In this document: one piece after another, positions 43,869-53,942 of the stretch
Numbering within the stretch: the first letter of the stretch is position 1
How the letters are laid out: every line of letters begins with the position of its first letter
Source of the DNA: an uncultured Akkermansia sp.
Lineage (GTDB): Bacteria; Bacteroidota; Bacteroidia; B-17B0; Aurantibacillaceae
NCBI GenBank assembly: GCA_964487105.1
Contig: CAZAPH010000002.1
Location: forward strand, 9,125 to 73,124
Reading direction: 5' to 3'
DNA length: 64,000 bases
Position numbers and translations under genes: made by a program
Notes under the pieces: model-generated
The model's input: the letters and a program-made list of their open reading frames with translations, nothing else
Told to the model about the DNA's origin: nothing
Database searches by the model: none

Positions 43869-44213
43869 GTGAAATACAATATCATATTAATTTTTATATG
43901 TTTACTTTTTAGTATAAGTAATATGAGTTTTATGTACATTACTGAAAATAAATCAACCGAAACAGAAGTTTGTGAAAGTGAAGAAAACTGTTGTGAATCG
44001 ACAACTTCGCAAGAAGAAAGTTGTTGTAACGAAAACAGTTGTTGCGAAAAAGTACCAGGAACTTCGTTTCATGTTAATGTTATTTCTGTTTATTTAAACA
44101 AAACATTTTCAGTGCAGTTTTTTAATCAAGAATTAGCCTCAACCGTTTTTTTATATAATAAGCCAGTTTCTTCTGGTTATTTAAGTTCTGTTTTTAGGCC
44201 ACCATTGGTTTAG
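43869..44213 (+). CDS. Cys/acidic-rich hypothetical protein with C-terminal RPP motif
   Basis: CC pairs in an E-rich tract, VFRPP end, TAtcTTTG promoter at 43856. Confidence 0.65.
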   Translation: MKYNIILIFICLLFSISNMSFMYITENKSTETEVCESEENCCESTTSQEESCCNENSCCEKVPGTSFHVNVISVYLNKTFSVQFFNQELASTVFLYNKPVSSGYLSSVFRPPLV

Positions 44214-44290
44214 TGTTACCTTTAGAGTGTTTATTAAAACAAATAAACACAGCATTAAAAATCAATTTAAAAATTTAAAACCAAAAAACA

Positions 44291-44617
44291 ATGAAAAATA
44301 TTTTATTGGCATTAGTATGCCTATTAAGCTTTAGCTTTAAAACAATTAACAATAACGATAGACCAGCTTGCTGCACTGATAAATGCAGTAAAGAGTGTAT
44401 TGAAAAATGTAAAAAAAATAAATGCGAAGACAAAGATTGCTGTAAAAACTGTGAAACCAAAGGATGCGAAGGAAAAGCATGTGTGGGTAAAGAAGGTAAA
44501 TGCTGCAAAGATGTTTCGCATAAAGCTTGTAAAGAAAATTGCGAAAGCGGTAAATGTGGAGATGCTTGTAAAGAAGAGTGCCACAAAGAAGGTAAAAAAT
44601 GTTGTTCAAAAAAATAA
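44291..44617 (+). CDS. Secreted Cys/Lys-rich metallothionein-like protein
   Basis: Signal peptide followed by dense CxxxC/CC motifs. Confidence 0.75.
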   Translation: MKNILLALVCLLSFSFKTINNNDRPACCTDKCSKECIEKCKKNKCEDKDCCKNCETKGCEGKACVGKEGKCCKDVSHKACKENCESGKCGDACKEECHKEGKKCCSKK

Positions 44618-44631
44618 CAACAAGTTAACTG

Positions 44632-44665
44632 AAAAAAGGGCTACCAAATATGGTGGCCTTTTTTT
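44632..44665. terminator. Bidirectional intrinsic terminator
   Basis: AAAAAAGGGCTACCA-aata-TGGTGGCCTTTTTTT between convergent genes. Confidence 0.75.
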
Positions 44666-45854
44666 ATGAATTTACTTTATGTAATTTTTTTGTACCGGAA
44701 TATAATTCGTATTTTAAAAACCTACACTCAAGCGCACCATTATAAATTTGTATTTTTTTAGAAGGATGAAGCCCTATAGATTTAATACCATCAGGATTAC
44801 TCGTTATTATCCACGCGTTAAAATTTTGAAAATCTTTTTTTAATTTATTACCAATTTCTTTATACAGCTCTGTTACTTCTTTAATTGGTAACCTTTCGCC
44901 ATAAGGAGGGTTTAAAATAATTACTCCACCGCTTCTTTCGGGTTTAATGTCAAAAAAAGATTCGTTTGTGCATTTTACTACATCATCAACTTTTGCATTA
45001 ATGGTATTAGTACGTGCTTTTTTTAAAGTAGGCGCATGTATATCGTTTGCAATTATTTGAACAGAATTGTTTTTAATTTTATTAATAGAGCTATCAAATA
45101 TTGTATCGTATAATTTTTCATCAAAATTACGCCACCTCATACAAGTAAAATCATTACGGTAATAGCCCGGAGGTATTTGGTTGGCAATTAAAGCCGCTTC
45201 AATTGCAATTGTTGCAGCACCACACATTCCATCAATAAGCAATAAGTGAGGTTCCCAGCCACTTAATTTTACTAATCCTGCAGCTAAAACCTCTTTAATA
45301 GGCGCTTCGTTTATATCGCTTCTATAACCTCTTTTGTATAGAGGATCGCCGCTACTATCAAGGTTTATACTAATTTCATTTTTAAAAATGTGTATATAAA
45401 GCTTAAAACTAGGTTTTATTAAATCTACGTTTGGTCGTTTACCTGTTTTTTCTCTAAACCTATCAACTATACCATCTTTTACTTTTTGTGAAACAAATAA
45501 ACTGTGTGTAAATAATTCGGTATTTAATACACTTTCAATTTGAATGCTGTCATTTATATCAATAAATTGTTCCCATGGTAAGGCTTTAATATTTTCATAT
45601 AATTGGTGTTCGTTATCGGCTTTAAATTTTGTAATTGGCACTAAAACTTTTAATGCCGTGTGTAAACATAAATTACATTTATATAAAAATCCAATATCGC
45701 CAGTAACGGCAACACCTCGTTTAAATGGAGTAATGTTTTTTCCACCTAACTTTAATAATTCTTTTGCAAGTATATCTTCTAAACCAAAAAAGGTTGTAAT
45801 TTTTAGTTCAAAATCGTGTGTTACATTAAAGTTATAGATGAAGGGAGTATTCAC
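44664..45854 (-). CDS. THUMP-domain RNA methyltransferase (RlmL-like)
   Basis: DSSG.PLYKRGYR, EAPIKEVLAA and NPPYGER motifs. Confidence 0.92.
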   Translation of the reverse strand: MNTPFIYNFNVTHDFELKITTFFGLEDILAKELLKLGGKNITPFKRGVAVTGDIGFLYKCNLCLHTALKVLVPITKFKADNEHQLYENIKALPWEQFIDINDSIQIESVLNTELFTHSLFVSQKVKDGIVDRFREKTGKRPNVDLIKPSFKLYIHIFKNEISINLDSSGDPLYKRGYRSDINEAPIKEVLAAGLVKLSGWEPHLLLIDGMCGAATIAIEAALIANQIPPGYYRNDFTCMRWRNFDEKLYDTIFDSSINKIKNNSVQIIANDIHAPTLKKARTNTINAKVDDVVKCTNESFFDIKPERSGGVIILNPPYGERLPIKEVTELYKEIGNKLKKDFQNFNAWIITSNPDGIKSIGLHPSKKIQIYNGALECRFLKYELYSGTKKLHKVNS

Positions 45855-45866
45855 AATTAAATGAGA

Positions 45867-46520
45867 TTATATGGCGTTATTTAAAAAAAGAATTAAAGGC
45901 TTAATGGCTTTAAAAGCATCGTTAACAGTGGTTACAAATTGTTCGCTTTTAATAACATTATTGGATAGTGCGTGGCTTGCAATAAAGTGTTTATGTTTTA
46001 AATACTCAATCATTGGGTTATTTGCATCGTAACCTTTTGGTGTTGTTTTTAATTTATCAATAGTGTTTAACCCTTTAAAATAAGTGGTAAAAGTTGGAGA
46101 TGATAGTGTTTTAATAAAAAATTTATTGTTATAGTCAATTTCTTGTCTAATATTATTTAGTGCTAAAGGATTAGGCATATAAATTCCACCAGCAACAAAA
46201 CTAGCGTTGTTTTGAATGTGAATGTAATAACCAGCCTTACCACTTTTTTTACCACCTGGGTTTATACTTGCGCCCATATTAATTTTATAAGGTGTTTTGT
46301 CTTTACTAAACCTTACATCTTTATAAATTCTGTACACACAATGTTTTGCTTCTAAATTTTTTTCAATAGAGGAATCAAATTTTTTTAGTTCATCAATTAC
46401 TTCAGTAATTTTATTTTCAAAAATAGTTTTTGCATTTATATATGCATCTTTATTAAGATCGAACCATTGTTTTGAATTATTGTTTTCTAACTCTTTTAAA
46501 AAATTTAATACGTGTTTCAT
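45867..46520 (-). CDS. DUF2461 family protein
   Basis: NNSKQWF and RIYKDVRFSKDKTPYK motifs. Confidence 0.92.
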   Translation of the reverse strand: MKHVLNFLKELENNNSKQWFDLNKDAYINAKTIFENKITEVIDELKKFDSSIEKNLEAKHCVYRIYKDVRFSKDKTPYKINMGASINPGGKKSGKAGYYIHIQNNASFVAGGIYMPNPLALNNIRQEIDYNNKFFIKTLSSPTFTTYFKGLNTIDKLKTTPKGYDANNPMIEYLKHKHFIASHALSNNVIKSEQFVTTVNDAFKAIKPLILFLNNAI

Positions 46521-47608
46521 TATTCTTCTATTGTATCGCTTATTTTTTTAAAAAACTTTAAGTGCGTTAAAAATTCTTTAGCAATAATTCTAATTAAAGT
46601 GTATGCCGGTAAGGCAATAACCATTCCAAAAATTCCACCTAAAGTGCCCGCCATAAGTGTAACAATAAAAATTTCTAATGGATGAGCTTTTACAGAATTA
46701 GAAAATATATAAGTTTGAATTAAAAACCCATCTATTAAATTAATTGTAATTAATGCAAAAAATATTTTATTAATTGTTGGTCCAATTAAGTGGTAACTAC
46801 CAGCACTAATACATCCGCTTACACCTAAAAATATAGCTAAAAACAGTGTAATAACGGGCCCAATGTAGGGTATAACATTTAGCGTACCCGCCACAATTGC
46901 AATAATTAAAGCGTTTTTAATTCCTAAAACGGTAAGCGTAATAAAAACTAAAACACTTACAATGAGCATATCAATAAATAAACCAGCAAAATATTTACTT
47001 AGCATTTTTTTACTTACTCTAAATATTTCGCGCATTTCTTTTTCTTTACCGCTTGGAGTTAACACCATTAAACTTTGTTTTACAATTAACTCATCTTTTA
47101 AAAAGAAAAACGTAATAAACAAAACACATGTTATTCCTCCAATAATAGTTCCTGCATAACCGGTAATGTTATTAAGCAAATAGGTTAAGTTGTTTGTGCT
47201 TGTGTATTGGCTTAATTGTGCCGATAAACTAATTTTAATATCTTGCTCAGAGCTTATGCTATAAAGTAAATTTTGAATTTTTGGATATTGTTGTAAAATA
47301 TTATGTAACACATCGTAAAAATTTAATTTTGATAAATTTTTAGCCTCAATAATAAGAGGAGGAATAATTGTATAAAAAATTAATGTAATTATTCCCACAA
47401 TACAAATTAATGTAATTGTAGCCGCTAAGCTATCGGGCAGTTTAAACTTCCCAATTTTTATTTTTTCTAAAGCGTAGGTTAAGGGGTAAGCTACTAAAAA
47501 TAAAACCGTAGCAACGCTTAAATAAATTACAATTTTAAAAAACACATAAACAAAAATTAAAATTAGGATAAGACCTAAAAATTTTAACCAATTGTTTTTA
47601 ATTTGCAT
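46520..47608 (-). CDS. AI-2E family transporter
   Basis: LNVIPYIGP, HPLEIF and GM.IALP motifs; start revised to MQIK at 47608. Confidence 0.9.
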   Translation of the reverse strand: MQIKNNWLKFLGLILILIFVYVFFKIVIYLSVATVLFLVAYPLTYALEKIKIGKFKLPDSLAATITLICIVGIITLIFYTIIPPLIIEAKNLSKLNFYDVLHNILQQYPKIQNLLYSISSEQDIKISLSAQLSQYTSTNNLTYLLNNITGYAGTIIGGITCVLFITFFFLKDELIVKQSLMVLTPSGKEKEMREIFRVSKKMLSKYFAGLFIDMLIVSVLVFITLTVLGIKNALIIAIVAGTLNVIPYIGPVITLFLAIFLGVSGCISAGSYHLIGPTINKIFFALITINLIDGFLIQTYIFSNSVKAHPLEIFIVTLMAGTLGGIFGMVIALPAYTLIRIIAKEFLTHLKFFKKISDTIEE

Positions 47609-47639
47609 AAACAAATATAAGTTTTTATACCTTTGTGTA

Positions 47640-48911
47640 ATGCGCTTTTTAATAATCTGTTTAGTTTTTTTTAGTTTTTTTGGCGCCTGTGTTTCAAAAC
47701 GAAATAGGTATGTTGATAAACCAACAAAATCTATTTCAAACCCAGATAACGATTTGTTACAAGTTAATTCTGTTTTGTTTAACAATTCAGAAACTACAAC
47801 TACGGTTTACTTAACTATTGATAATGAAAATTTAATTTACAAAAGACCCGATACAACAGTTAATTTTTATGCTGAACTTAAAATAAAATATGCTTTATAT
47901 AACGAAAACAACATTAAAAAAATTATTGATAGCGCCTCTTTTAAATTTATTGATAAAGAAGATGAACAAATAAGAAACAAACAGATTCCGCTTAGTTTTA
48001 AACTTAGTACACAAAACGGAAACAATTATGTGTTAGAGCTAATTGTAACGGACGAAAATAAAAAAACACATTATAACCAATCGCTTAACATAAACAGAAA
48101 AAATCATTTATCGAGACAAAATTTTTTAACTACAACCAACGGTAAAATTTCTTATAAAAATGCATTTTTAGCTTTACAAAATGTAAATATTTCGTTAAAC
48201 ACAAGTATTATAAATACAGCAACAGTTGATTGTTTTTTTTCTGATTTACCCATTGCTTTACCGCCTTTTTCTAATAAACCAATTGAGGAATTAAAATATA
48301 AACCAGATAGTAGCTTTGTAGTAAGCATTTCTAATTCTAATTTTAATATTATAATGCCCGAAAATGGCTTTTACCACATAAGGTTTGGCGAAGATAACAA
48401 CGAAGGCTTAACCCTTTATACTTTTGATGAGGCTTTTCCTGGAATTAGCAACAATAAAGAAATGGTTTTAGCCACAAGGTATATTATGACAAAACAAGAG
48501 TATGAAACGTGTACAAACACAACAGATTATAAAACAGCAATTGATAAATTTTGGTTAGCATTAGGTGGAAGCAACGAAAGGGCTAAAGAATTATTAAAAC
48601 GTTATTACAACAGGGTTAAAGAAAGTAATAAACTATACACAAGCTATAATAAAGGGTGGAAAACAGATAGAGGAATGATATTTATTGTTTTTGGAAAACC
48701 AACACAAATATATAAAAACAGCAGGGGCGAAACTTGGCTTTACGGTATTGAAAACAATCCAAACGCATTTAGATTTACGTTTTATAAAACCCAAAACCCC
48801 TTTAGCACTAATGATTTTATTTTAGAGAGAAGTCAGTTTTATAAAGATCAGTGGTATTTTGCAGTTGATTATTGGCGACAGGGCAGGGTTTATAATGTGT
48901 TTGAAAGGTAA
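47640..48911 (+). CDS. GWxTD domain lipoprotein
   Basis: GWKTDRGMIFIVFGKP; signal peptide ending FFGAC from ATG 47640. Confidence 0.9.
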   Translation: MRFLIICLVFFSFFGACVSKRNRYVDKPTKSISNPDNDLLQVNSVLFNNSETTTTVYLTIDNENLIYKRPDTTVNFYAELKIKYALYNENNIKKIIDSASFKFIDKEDEQIRNKQIPLSFKLSTQNGNNYVLELIVTDENKKTHYNQSLNINRKNHLSRQNFLTTTNGKISYKNAFLALQNVNISLNTSIINTATVDCFFSDLPIALPPFSNKPIEELKYKPDSSFVVSISNSNFNIIMPENGFYHIRFGEDNNEGLTLYTFDEAFPGISNNKEMVLATRYIMTKQEYETCTNTTDYKTAIDKFWLALGGSNERAKELLKRYYNRVKESNKLYTSYNKGWKTDRGMIFIVFGKPTQIYKNSRGETWLYGIENNPNAFRFTFYKTQNPFSTNDFILERSQFYKDQWYFAVDYWRQGRVYNVFER

Positions 48912-48945
48912 TTATTTTAAAAAAGAAACTCCCCTTTTTAATTAA

Positions 48946-51087
48946 CTATACTTTAATTCCAATTACAGATACGTCGTCAACTTGATGGTGTATCCCTTGC
49001 CAATTTACTAATGATTCTTCTAATAATTGTTTTTGTGTTATCATATCTTGATGACTATTTTTAACTAATAGCTCAATCATTGTTTTGTATTTCAACTTTT
49101 TCCCTTTTGGACCTCCAAATTGATCTGCAAATCCATCAGTACTTAAATATATCATGTCGCCTTTTTGTAATTGAATAAGCGTAGCGGTAAAAGGCTTATC
49201 TTCTTCTAAATAAGTACCAATTGGCATTTTATCAGCTTTGTATTCAATGAAATTTTCATCTCTCACTATCCACAATGGATTATTTGCTGCTGAAAACTCA
49301 AGTGTGTTTTCTAGTTTATTCCACACGCACAACGTCATATCCATTCCATCTTTTTGTTGTTCTCCACCTTTTTGTTCCAATGCCATTATGATTTTAGAAC
49401 GTAGTTTATTTAAAATTTCATCTGCTTTAAAAAGTTTGTTTTCAATAACAATTTCATTTAAAAAACTATTACCTAACATGCTCATAAAACCTCCTGGTAC
49501 GCCATGCCCTGTACAGTCAGCTAACGCAAATATTGAACGTCCATTTGGTGTATTATAAGCCCAATAAAAATCGCCACTTACAATATCTTTTGGTTTAAAT
49601 AAAATAAAATGATCTTTCGAAATTTTATTCCACACATCTTCGCCAGTTAGTACGGCTTGTTGAATTCGTTTGGCATAATTAATACTGTCAATAATTTCTT
49701 TTTGTTTTTCTTCAACCAAATCTTTTTGATGAGTAATTTCTTCGTTTTTTAATTCAACTTCTAATTTTTGGTTTTCGATAATAAAGTTTTGTTTTTTGGA
49801 AACTTGTAAACGATTAAAAATAAATATAGCTACACATATCAACGTAAAAACACCTCCATATAAAGCATATCGTTGTGTTTTTTCTTGTTTAAATTTTGCT
49901 TCTGTAATTTTTTTGTTGGCAACAATCTGTAAACTATCTATTGCTTTTTTCTTTGAGTAATCAAAATCTAATTCTTTTTTGTAAGACTCTTTTTTTAGAC
50001 TCTCATTATTTAAACTATCTTTAAGATTATGTGCCATTACTTGAAATTTTAATGCCTCTTTATATTTCCCCATTTTTTCACTAATATCAACCATATTCGT
50101 TAAACAAACATATAAATTCTGAGCTTTATTAACTTGTTTGGCGTGTTCGTATCCTCGATTTATATATTCAAAAGCCTTAGGCCAATTATTTAATTTTTTG
50201 TAGTGGTTTCCGATATTATTTTCTAAAAGCGAAATATCTTCTGTTGCACCAAGCTCAATGGCTGTTTCTAAACTTAATAAGGTATACTTTAAGGCCTCTG
50301 AGTAATTATTATATTTACTGTGCAAAAGGCCTATATTATTATATAATATATAAATACCACTTTTGTCGTTAATTTTTTGCCTGATTGCTAACGATTGTCT
50401 ATAATATTCCATTGCTTTAGCTGAATCTAATTTAACGGCATACACATAACCTATATTGCTTAAATACAAAGCTGTATTTTCTAAATTATTTATTTTTTGT
50501 TGAAGAGTTACACACATTAAAAACTCTTTTAGGGCTTTATCATATTCTCCTAAACTAAAATTAATAGTAGCAATATTATTTCTAGTAATCGTTATTCCAT
50601 CAATATCATTAATTTTTTCTTGTAATTTAAGGCTTTTGTAATAATAATCTAGAGCCTTAACATTATCGCCTTTGCAACTATAAACATACCCAAGTTCTCT
50701 TAATGCTTGCGCATACATTTTTTGATTATCAATCTCCTTATAAAGATTTAAGCTATTGTTATAATAATACATTGAGCTATCAAATATTCCTTTTTTGCTG
50801 TAATAAAATGCAAAATTAAGCAAGGCGGTAGCTTTAAATAGCTTAAAATTTTTTTTATCAATGGCATTTGCATTGGGTATATTTTTATCGCATATTTCAA
50901 TGGCTTTTGTTACAAAATACTTTACGGTATCTACATTTATTTTACCATAATATTCCGAAAAATAAACAAGAATTTTTGCCTTTGTGGTATCGCTTTTTGT
51001 GTTTTTATAAACTTGGGTTATACTATCTAACTGCGAAAATAAAGCGCTTGAAATAAAGCATAAAATTATTGCAAAAATCTGTTTCAT
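48946..51087 (-). CDS. TPR-TM-SpoIIE (PP2C-like) sensor phosphatase, full length
   Basis: TPRs, TM, SINYAKRIQ, PKDIVSGDFYW, ADCTGHGVPG, DGMD, TDGFADQFGG and QVDD motifs. Confidence 0.93.
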   Translation of the reverse strand: MKQIFAIILCFISSALFSQLDSITQVYKNTKSDTTKAKILVYFSEYYGKINVDTVKYFVTKAIEICDKNIPNANAIDKKNFKLFKATALLNFAFYYSKKGIFDSSMYYYNNSLNLYKEIDNQKMYAQALRELGYVYSCKGDNVKALDYYYKSLKLQEKINDIDGITITRNNIATINFSLGEYDKALKEFLMCVTLQQKINNLENTALYLSNIGYVYAVKLDSAKAMEYYRQSLAIRQKINDKSGIYILYNNIGLLHSKYNNYSEALKYTLLSLETAIELGATEDISLLENNIGNHYKKLNNWPKAFEYINRGYEHAKQVNKAQNLYVCLTNMVDISEKMGKYKEALKFQVMAHNLKDSLNNESLKKESYKKELDFDYSKKKAIDSLQIVANKKITEAKFKQEKTQRYALYGGVFTLICVAIFIFNRLQVSKKQNFIIENQKLEVELKNEEITHQKDLVEEKQKEIIDSINYAKRIQQAVLTGEDVWNKISKDHFILFKPKDIVSGDFYWAYNTPNGRSIFALADCTGHGVPGGFMSMLGNSFLNEIVIENKLFKADEILNKLRSKIIMALEQKGGEQQKDGMDMTLCVWNKLENTLEFSAANNPLWIVRDENFIEYKADKMPIGTYLEEDKPFTATLIQLQKGDMIYLSTDGFADQFGGPKGKKLKYKTMIELLVKNSHQDMITQKQLLEESLVNWQGIHHQVDDVSVIGIKV

Positions 51088-51104
51088 TATACTAAAATTA
51101 CATA

Positions 51105-51251
51105 TCACCCAAACAACCCATCAAACACTTTTTCCATTTTTGCTACTGCAACAATTTCAAATTTATAATGTTTAACATCAAGTCCTTTTAGGTTGTGTGA
51201 AGGTATATAAATTTTTTTAAATCTTAATTGTTGTGCCTCAGAAGTTAGCCG
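51105..51251 (-). pseudogene. radA: 3' remnant of radA/sms
   Basis: Translates to RLTSEAQQLRFKKIYIPSHNLKGLDVKHYKFEIVAVAKMEKVFDGLFG*, resembling the RadA C-terminus (RIxEAxKLGFKKI...LFG). Confidence 0.6.
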
Positions 51252-51389
51252 TTCAATTCATCCGTGTGTATTGTAATAATGTTTTGAAAAAGCTTCTTTA
51301 AAAATTTTCCAACTGATAAGGGATGATTATGGTTTTATTGTTTTTGATAGCATGCATGCACAAACCTGCCGTTTTTTAGGAGCGATTAA

Positions 51390-51848
51390 TTATTTTAAAA
51401 ATGATTTTTCGTACAAAGCAATCCAATCGTTAACACTCATTTTTTTAACGAGCTCTTTAATTAAATTAAAAGGAATATCATCTGTTTTTTTAAATCGAAT
51501 ACAGCTTTTTCCTGCATCTAACTTACTTTTACAATGGTTTGGATATTCAGCTATAAACCATTCATACAACTCTTTGTTTGCATATAAACCCATGTGGTAT
51601 AACGCAATAAAATTTTTTTGAGCGGCTATACTTATAAAAGGTAATGGTAATAGTGTATTACAGTGGTAACCTTTAGGATATGTTTTTAAAGGCACCACAA
51701 ACGAGGGCATATTGTAATTAATACATTCTTCAAATCCTTTAGGAAGATTTTTTAATAATGTTGCTCTTAGTTTTTCAAACGCCTCTTTTTTAGTGGGCTC
51801 AACCGTTTTTATATAATCGTTAACTGACTGAAGGTTTATTTTTGACAT
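51390..51848 (-). CDS. DUF1801 (YdhG-like) protein
   Basis: LPKGFEE, YPKGYHC and GKSCIRFKK motifs. Confidence 0.88.
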   Translation of the reverse strand: MSKINLQSVNDYIKTVEPTKKEAFEKLRATLLKNLPKGFEECINYNMPSFVVPLKTYPKGYHCNTLLPLPFISIAAQKNFIALYHMGLYANKELYEWFIAEYPNHCKSKLDAGKSCIRFKKTDDIPFNLIKELVKKMSVNDWIALYEKSFLK

Positions 51849-51904
51849 TGATTTATAGTTTAATTAAATTGAAGATACTACTTTTACACCACAATAAATA
51901 AAAA

Positions 51905-52534
51905 TTGAAAATTTTATTAAACATTTATTATTTTTTTAGATCTATTTATTTAAGAGGTTTAATAAACACATTACATATAATTTTTTATGAAACTAAAGCT
52001 GAAAAAAAATATAAAATTAACACCACAGGAATTAAAGCAAGTAATTCGGCGTTAAATTTTCATTACCAAGGCGCAAACTATTTAATTCTTGAAAAAGCCA
52101 TTAAAGAAGCAAATGAAATTTTACCTAATGCTGTTTTTTTTGATATTGGATGCGGAAAGGGCAGAGCATGTATTGTTGCCGCCAAATTAGGATTTACAAA
52201 AATTATAGGAATAGATTTAGATTCGGAATTAATAGCTTTAGCTAAAACGAATGCAAAGCTTGCTAATGTTGAGGTAACGTTTAGCGTTGTTAACGCAACG
52301 GATTATGTGTATCAAAACAACATTACAGTTTATTTTTTATTTAACCCTTTTAATAATTTTGTTTTAACACAAGTTTTAAAAGCAATAAAACAAGTTACTA
52401 CAAAAAAAATAATTGTTGTTTATATGAACCCTATGTATAACAAAGTGTTTTATGATAATGGGTTTAAATTGTTAAAGCAAATAAAAACAAAACAATATTT
52501 AGAGGCTGATTTTTTTAGTTTAAACATAGATTAA
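51905..52534 (+). CDS. Class I SAM-dependent methyltransferase
   Basis: FFDIGCGKGR and FLFNPF motifs. Confidence 0.88.
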   Translation: MKILLNIYYFFRSIYLRGLINTLHIIFYETKAEKKYKINTTGIKASNSALNFHYQGANYLILEKAIKEANEILPNAVFFDIGCGKGRACIVAAKLGFTKIIGIDLDSELIALAKTNAKLANVEVTFSVVNATDYVYQNNITVYFLFNPFNNFVLTQVLKAIKQVTTKKIIVVYMNPMYNKVFYDNGFKLLKQIKTKQYLEADFFSLNID

Positions 52535-52591
52535 GGTTTAGAATTTTACCACATTAAAGTTTAGCAATAAAACTGTACTTTTACACAACTT

Positions 52592-53152
52592 ATGACATTA
52601 TATGTAAAAAATATGGTGTGTAGCCGTTGCAAAATGATTGTACGAGATGAGCTTGTTAAGTTAGGCATTGATTTTCTTTCTGTTGAACTTGGTGAAATTC
52701 AAGTTAAAAATGAACTAACGGCTAAGCAATTAGAAAATTTAAATAACGGATTAAAAAACTATGGCTTTGAACTTATTGGTGATAAAAAAAGTAGAATTAT
52801 TGAGAAAATAAAAAACGAAGTTGTAAAACTTATTCACCATTCTAACAGTAATATAAAAGTTAATCTTTCTAACTTTATTGCGGATAAACTTCATTATGAT
52901 TATACCTATTTAAGTAATCTTTTTTCGGAGGTTGAGGGTACAACTATTGAGAAATATTTTATAGCACAACGCATCGAAAAAGTAAAGGAATTGTTAGTTT
53001 ACAACGAGCTTTCTCTTTCCGAAATTTCTGATCGTTTAGGTTATAGTAGTGTGGCTTATTTATCAAGTCAATTTAAAAAAATTACTGGGTTAACACCTTC
53101 TTATTTCAAAACATTAAAAAATCACAAACGTAAGAATATTGAGGAACTGTAA
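52592..53152 (+). CDS. AraC-family regulator with N-terminal metal-binding CxxC
   Basis: KNMVCSRC; C-terminal LGYSSVAYLSSQFKKITGLTPS HTH. Confidence 0.92.
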   Translation: MTLYVKNMVCSRCKMIVRDELVKLGIDFLSVELGEIQVKNELTAKQLENLNNGLKNYGFELIGDKKSRIIEKIKNEVVKLIHHSNSNIKVNLSNFIADKLHYDYTYLSNLFSEVEGTTIEKYFIAQRIEKVKELLVYNELSLSEISDRLGYSSVAYLSSQFKKITGLTPSYFKTLKNHKRKNIEEL

Positions 53153-53249
53153 ATCTCATAAACTCTTCCAAAAATTCCATAAACATTAAACGGGGTTGTT
53201 GCCGTACCTTTGTATAGACAAATAAATGTCGAATTAAAAAACAAAAATT

Positions 53250-53369
53250 ATGGAAACAAACAAAGCAAAAAGCAACTGTGGTAACGTAAACTGCACTTGC
53301 AACAAATGTACATGTGGTAACAATTGCACCGGCTCAAATTGTGGTTGTGGCTGTTCTTGCTGTAAATAG
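53250..53369 (+). CDS. 39-aa metallothionein-like protein (not in ORF track)
   Basis: METNKAKSNCGNVNCTCNKCTCGNNCTGSNCGCGCSCCK*, 11 Cys; promoter TAccTTTG near 53205; A-rich translation start; terminator downstream. Confidence 0.85.
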   Translation: METNKAKSNCGNVNCTCNKCTCGNNCTGSNCGCGCSCCK

Positions 53370-53370
53370 A

Positions 53371-53400
53371 AAAAGGGGGTTAAAAGCCTCCTTTTCTTTT
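53371..53400 (+). terminator. Intrinsic terminator
   Basis: AAAAGGGGGTT-aa-AAGCCTCCTTTT followed by a T tract. Confidence 0.7.
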
Positions 53401-53511
53401 AGTTTAACACTAACTCTACTATAATAAAACAACCTAAAGTAAATAATAATTTAGTTTAAATTGTTTTTAAACCTTTTTTAATTTTTTAAGTCTAAGTTTT
53501 AAATTCTTTTT

Positions 53512-53928
53512 ATGAAATATAAATTATTGTTTTTTGTTTTTCTTTTTTGGTTTACAAATTCGTATTCACAAAAAAGGGTGCGTGTTGTAAATCGCCCAAA
53601 CCATATACACAGAAGACACGTAGTTGTATATAAAAGCGCATATCGCCCTCGTAAAGTTGTGGTTTATCATCCGGTATGGCGTCCTGCTTATAGTTATAAT
53701 AGGCGATGGATATTTTTTCCAAAATATAATTTATACTGGGATAATTGGCGCAACCATTATTATTTTTGGAATGCTGGTGTTTGGGTAAGTCAGCCAACGC
53801 CTCCTCCTGTTATAGTTAATGTTAATTTAGAAAAGGAAAAAAGTTATGAGTTAAAAGATTCTGATGATGATACTGATAATATTGAAAAAGATAACGAAAC
53901 CCACAAAACAGAATATAAAGCAGATTAA
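53512..53928 (+). CDS. Secreted hypothetical protein
   Basis: Signal peptide, R/H/V/W-rich region and acidic tail. Confidence 0.7.
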   Translation: MKYKLLFFVFLFWFTNSYSQKRVRVVNRPNHIHRRHVVVYKSAYRPRKVVVYHPVWRPAYSYNRRWIFFPKYNLYWDNWRNHYYFWNAGVWVSQPTPPPVIVNVNLEKEKSYELKDSDDDTDNIEKDNETHKTEYKAD

Positions 53929-53942
53929 GTATTAAAATAAAA

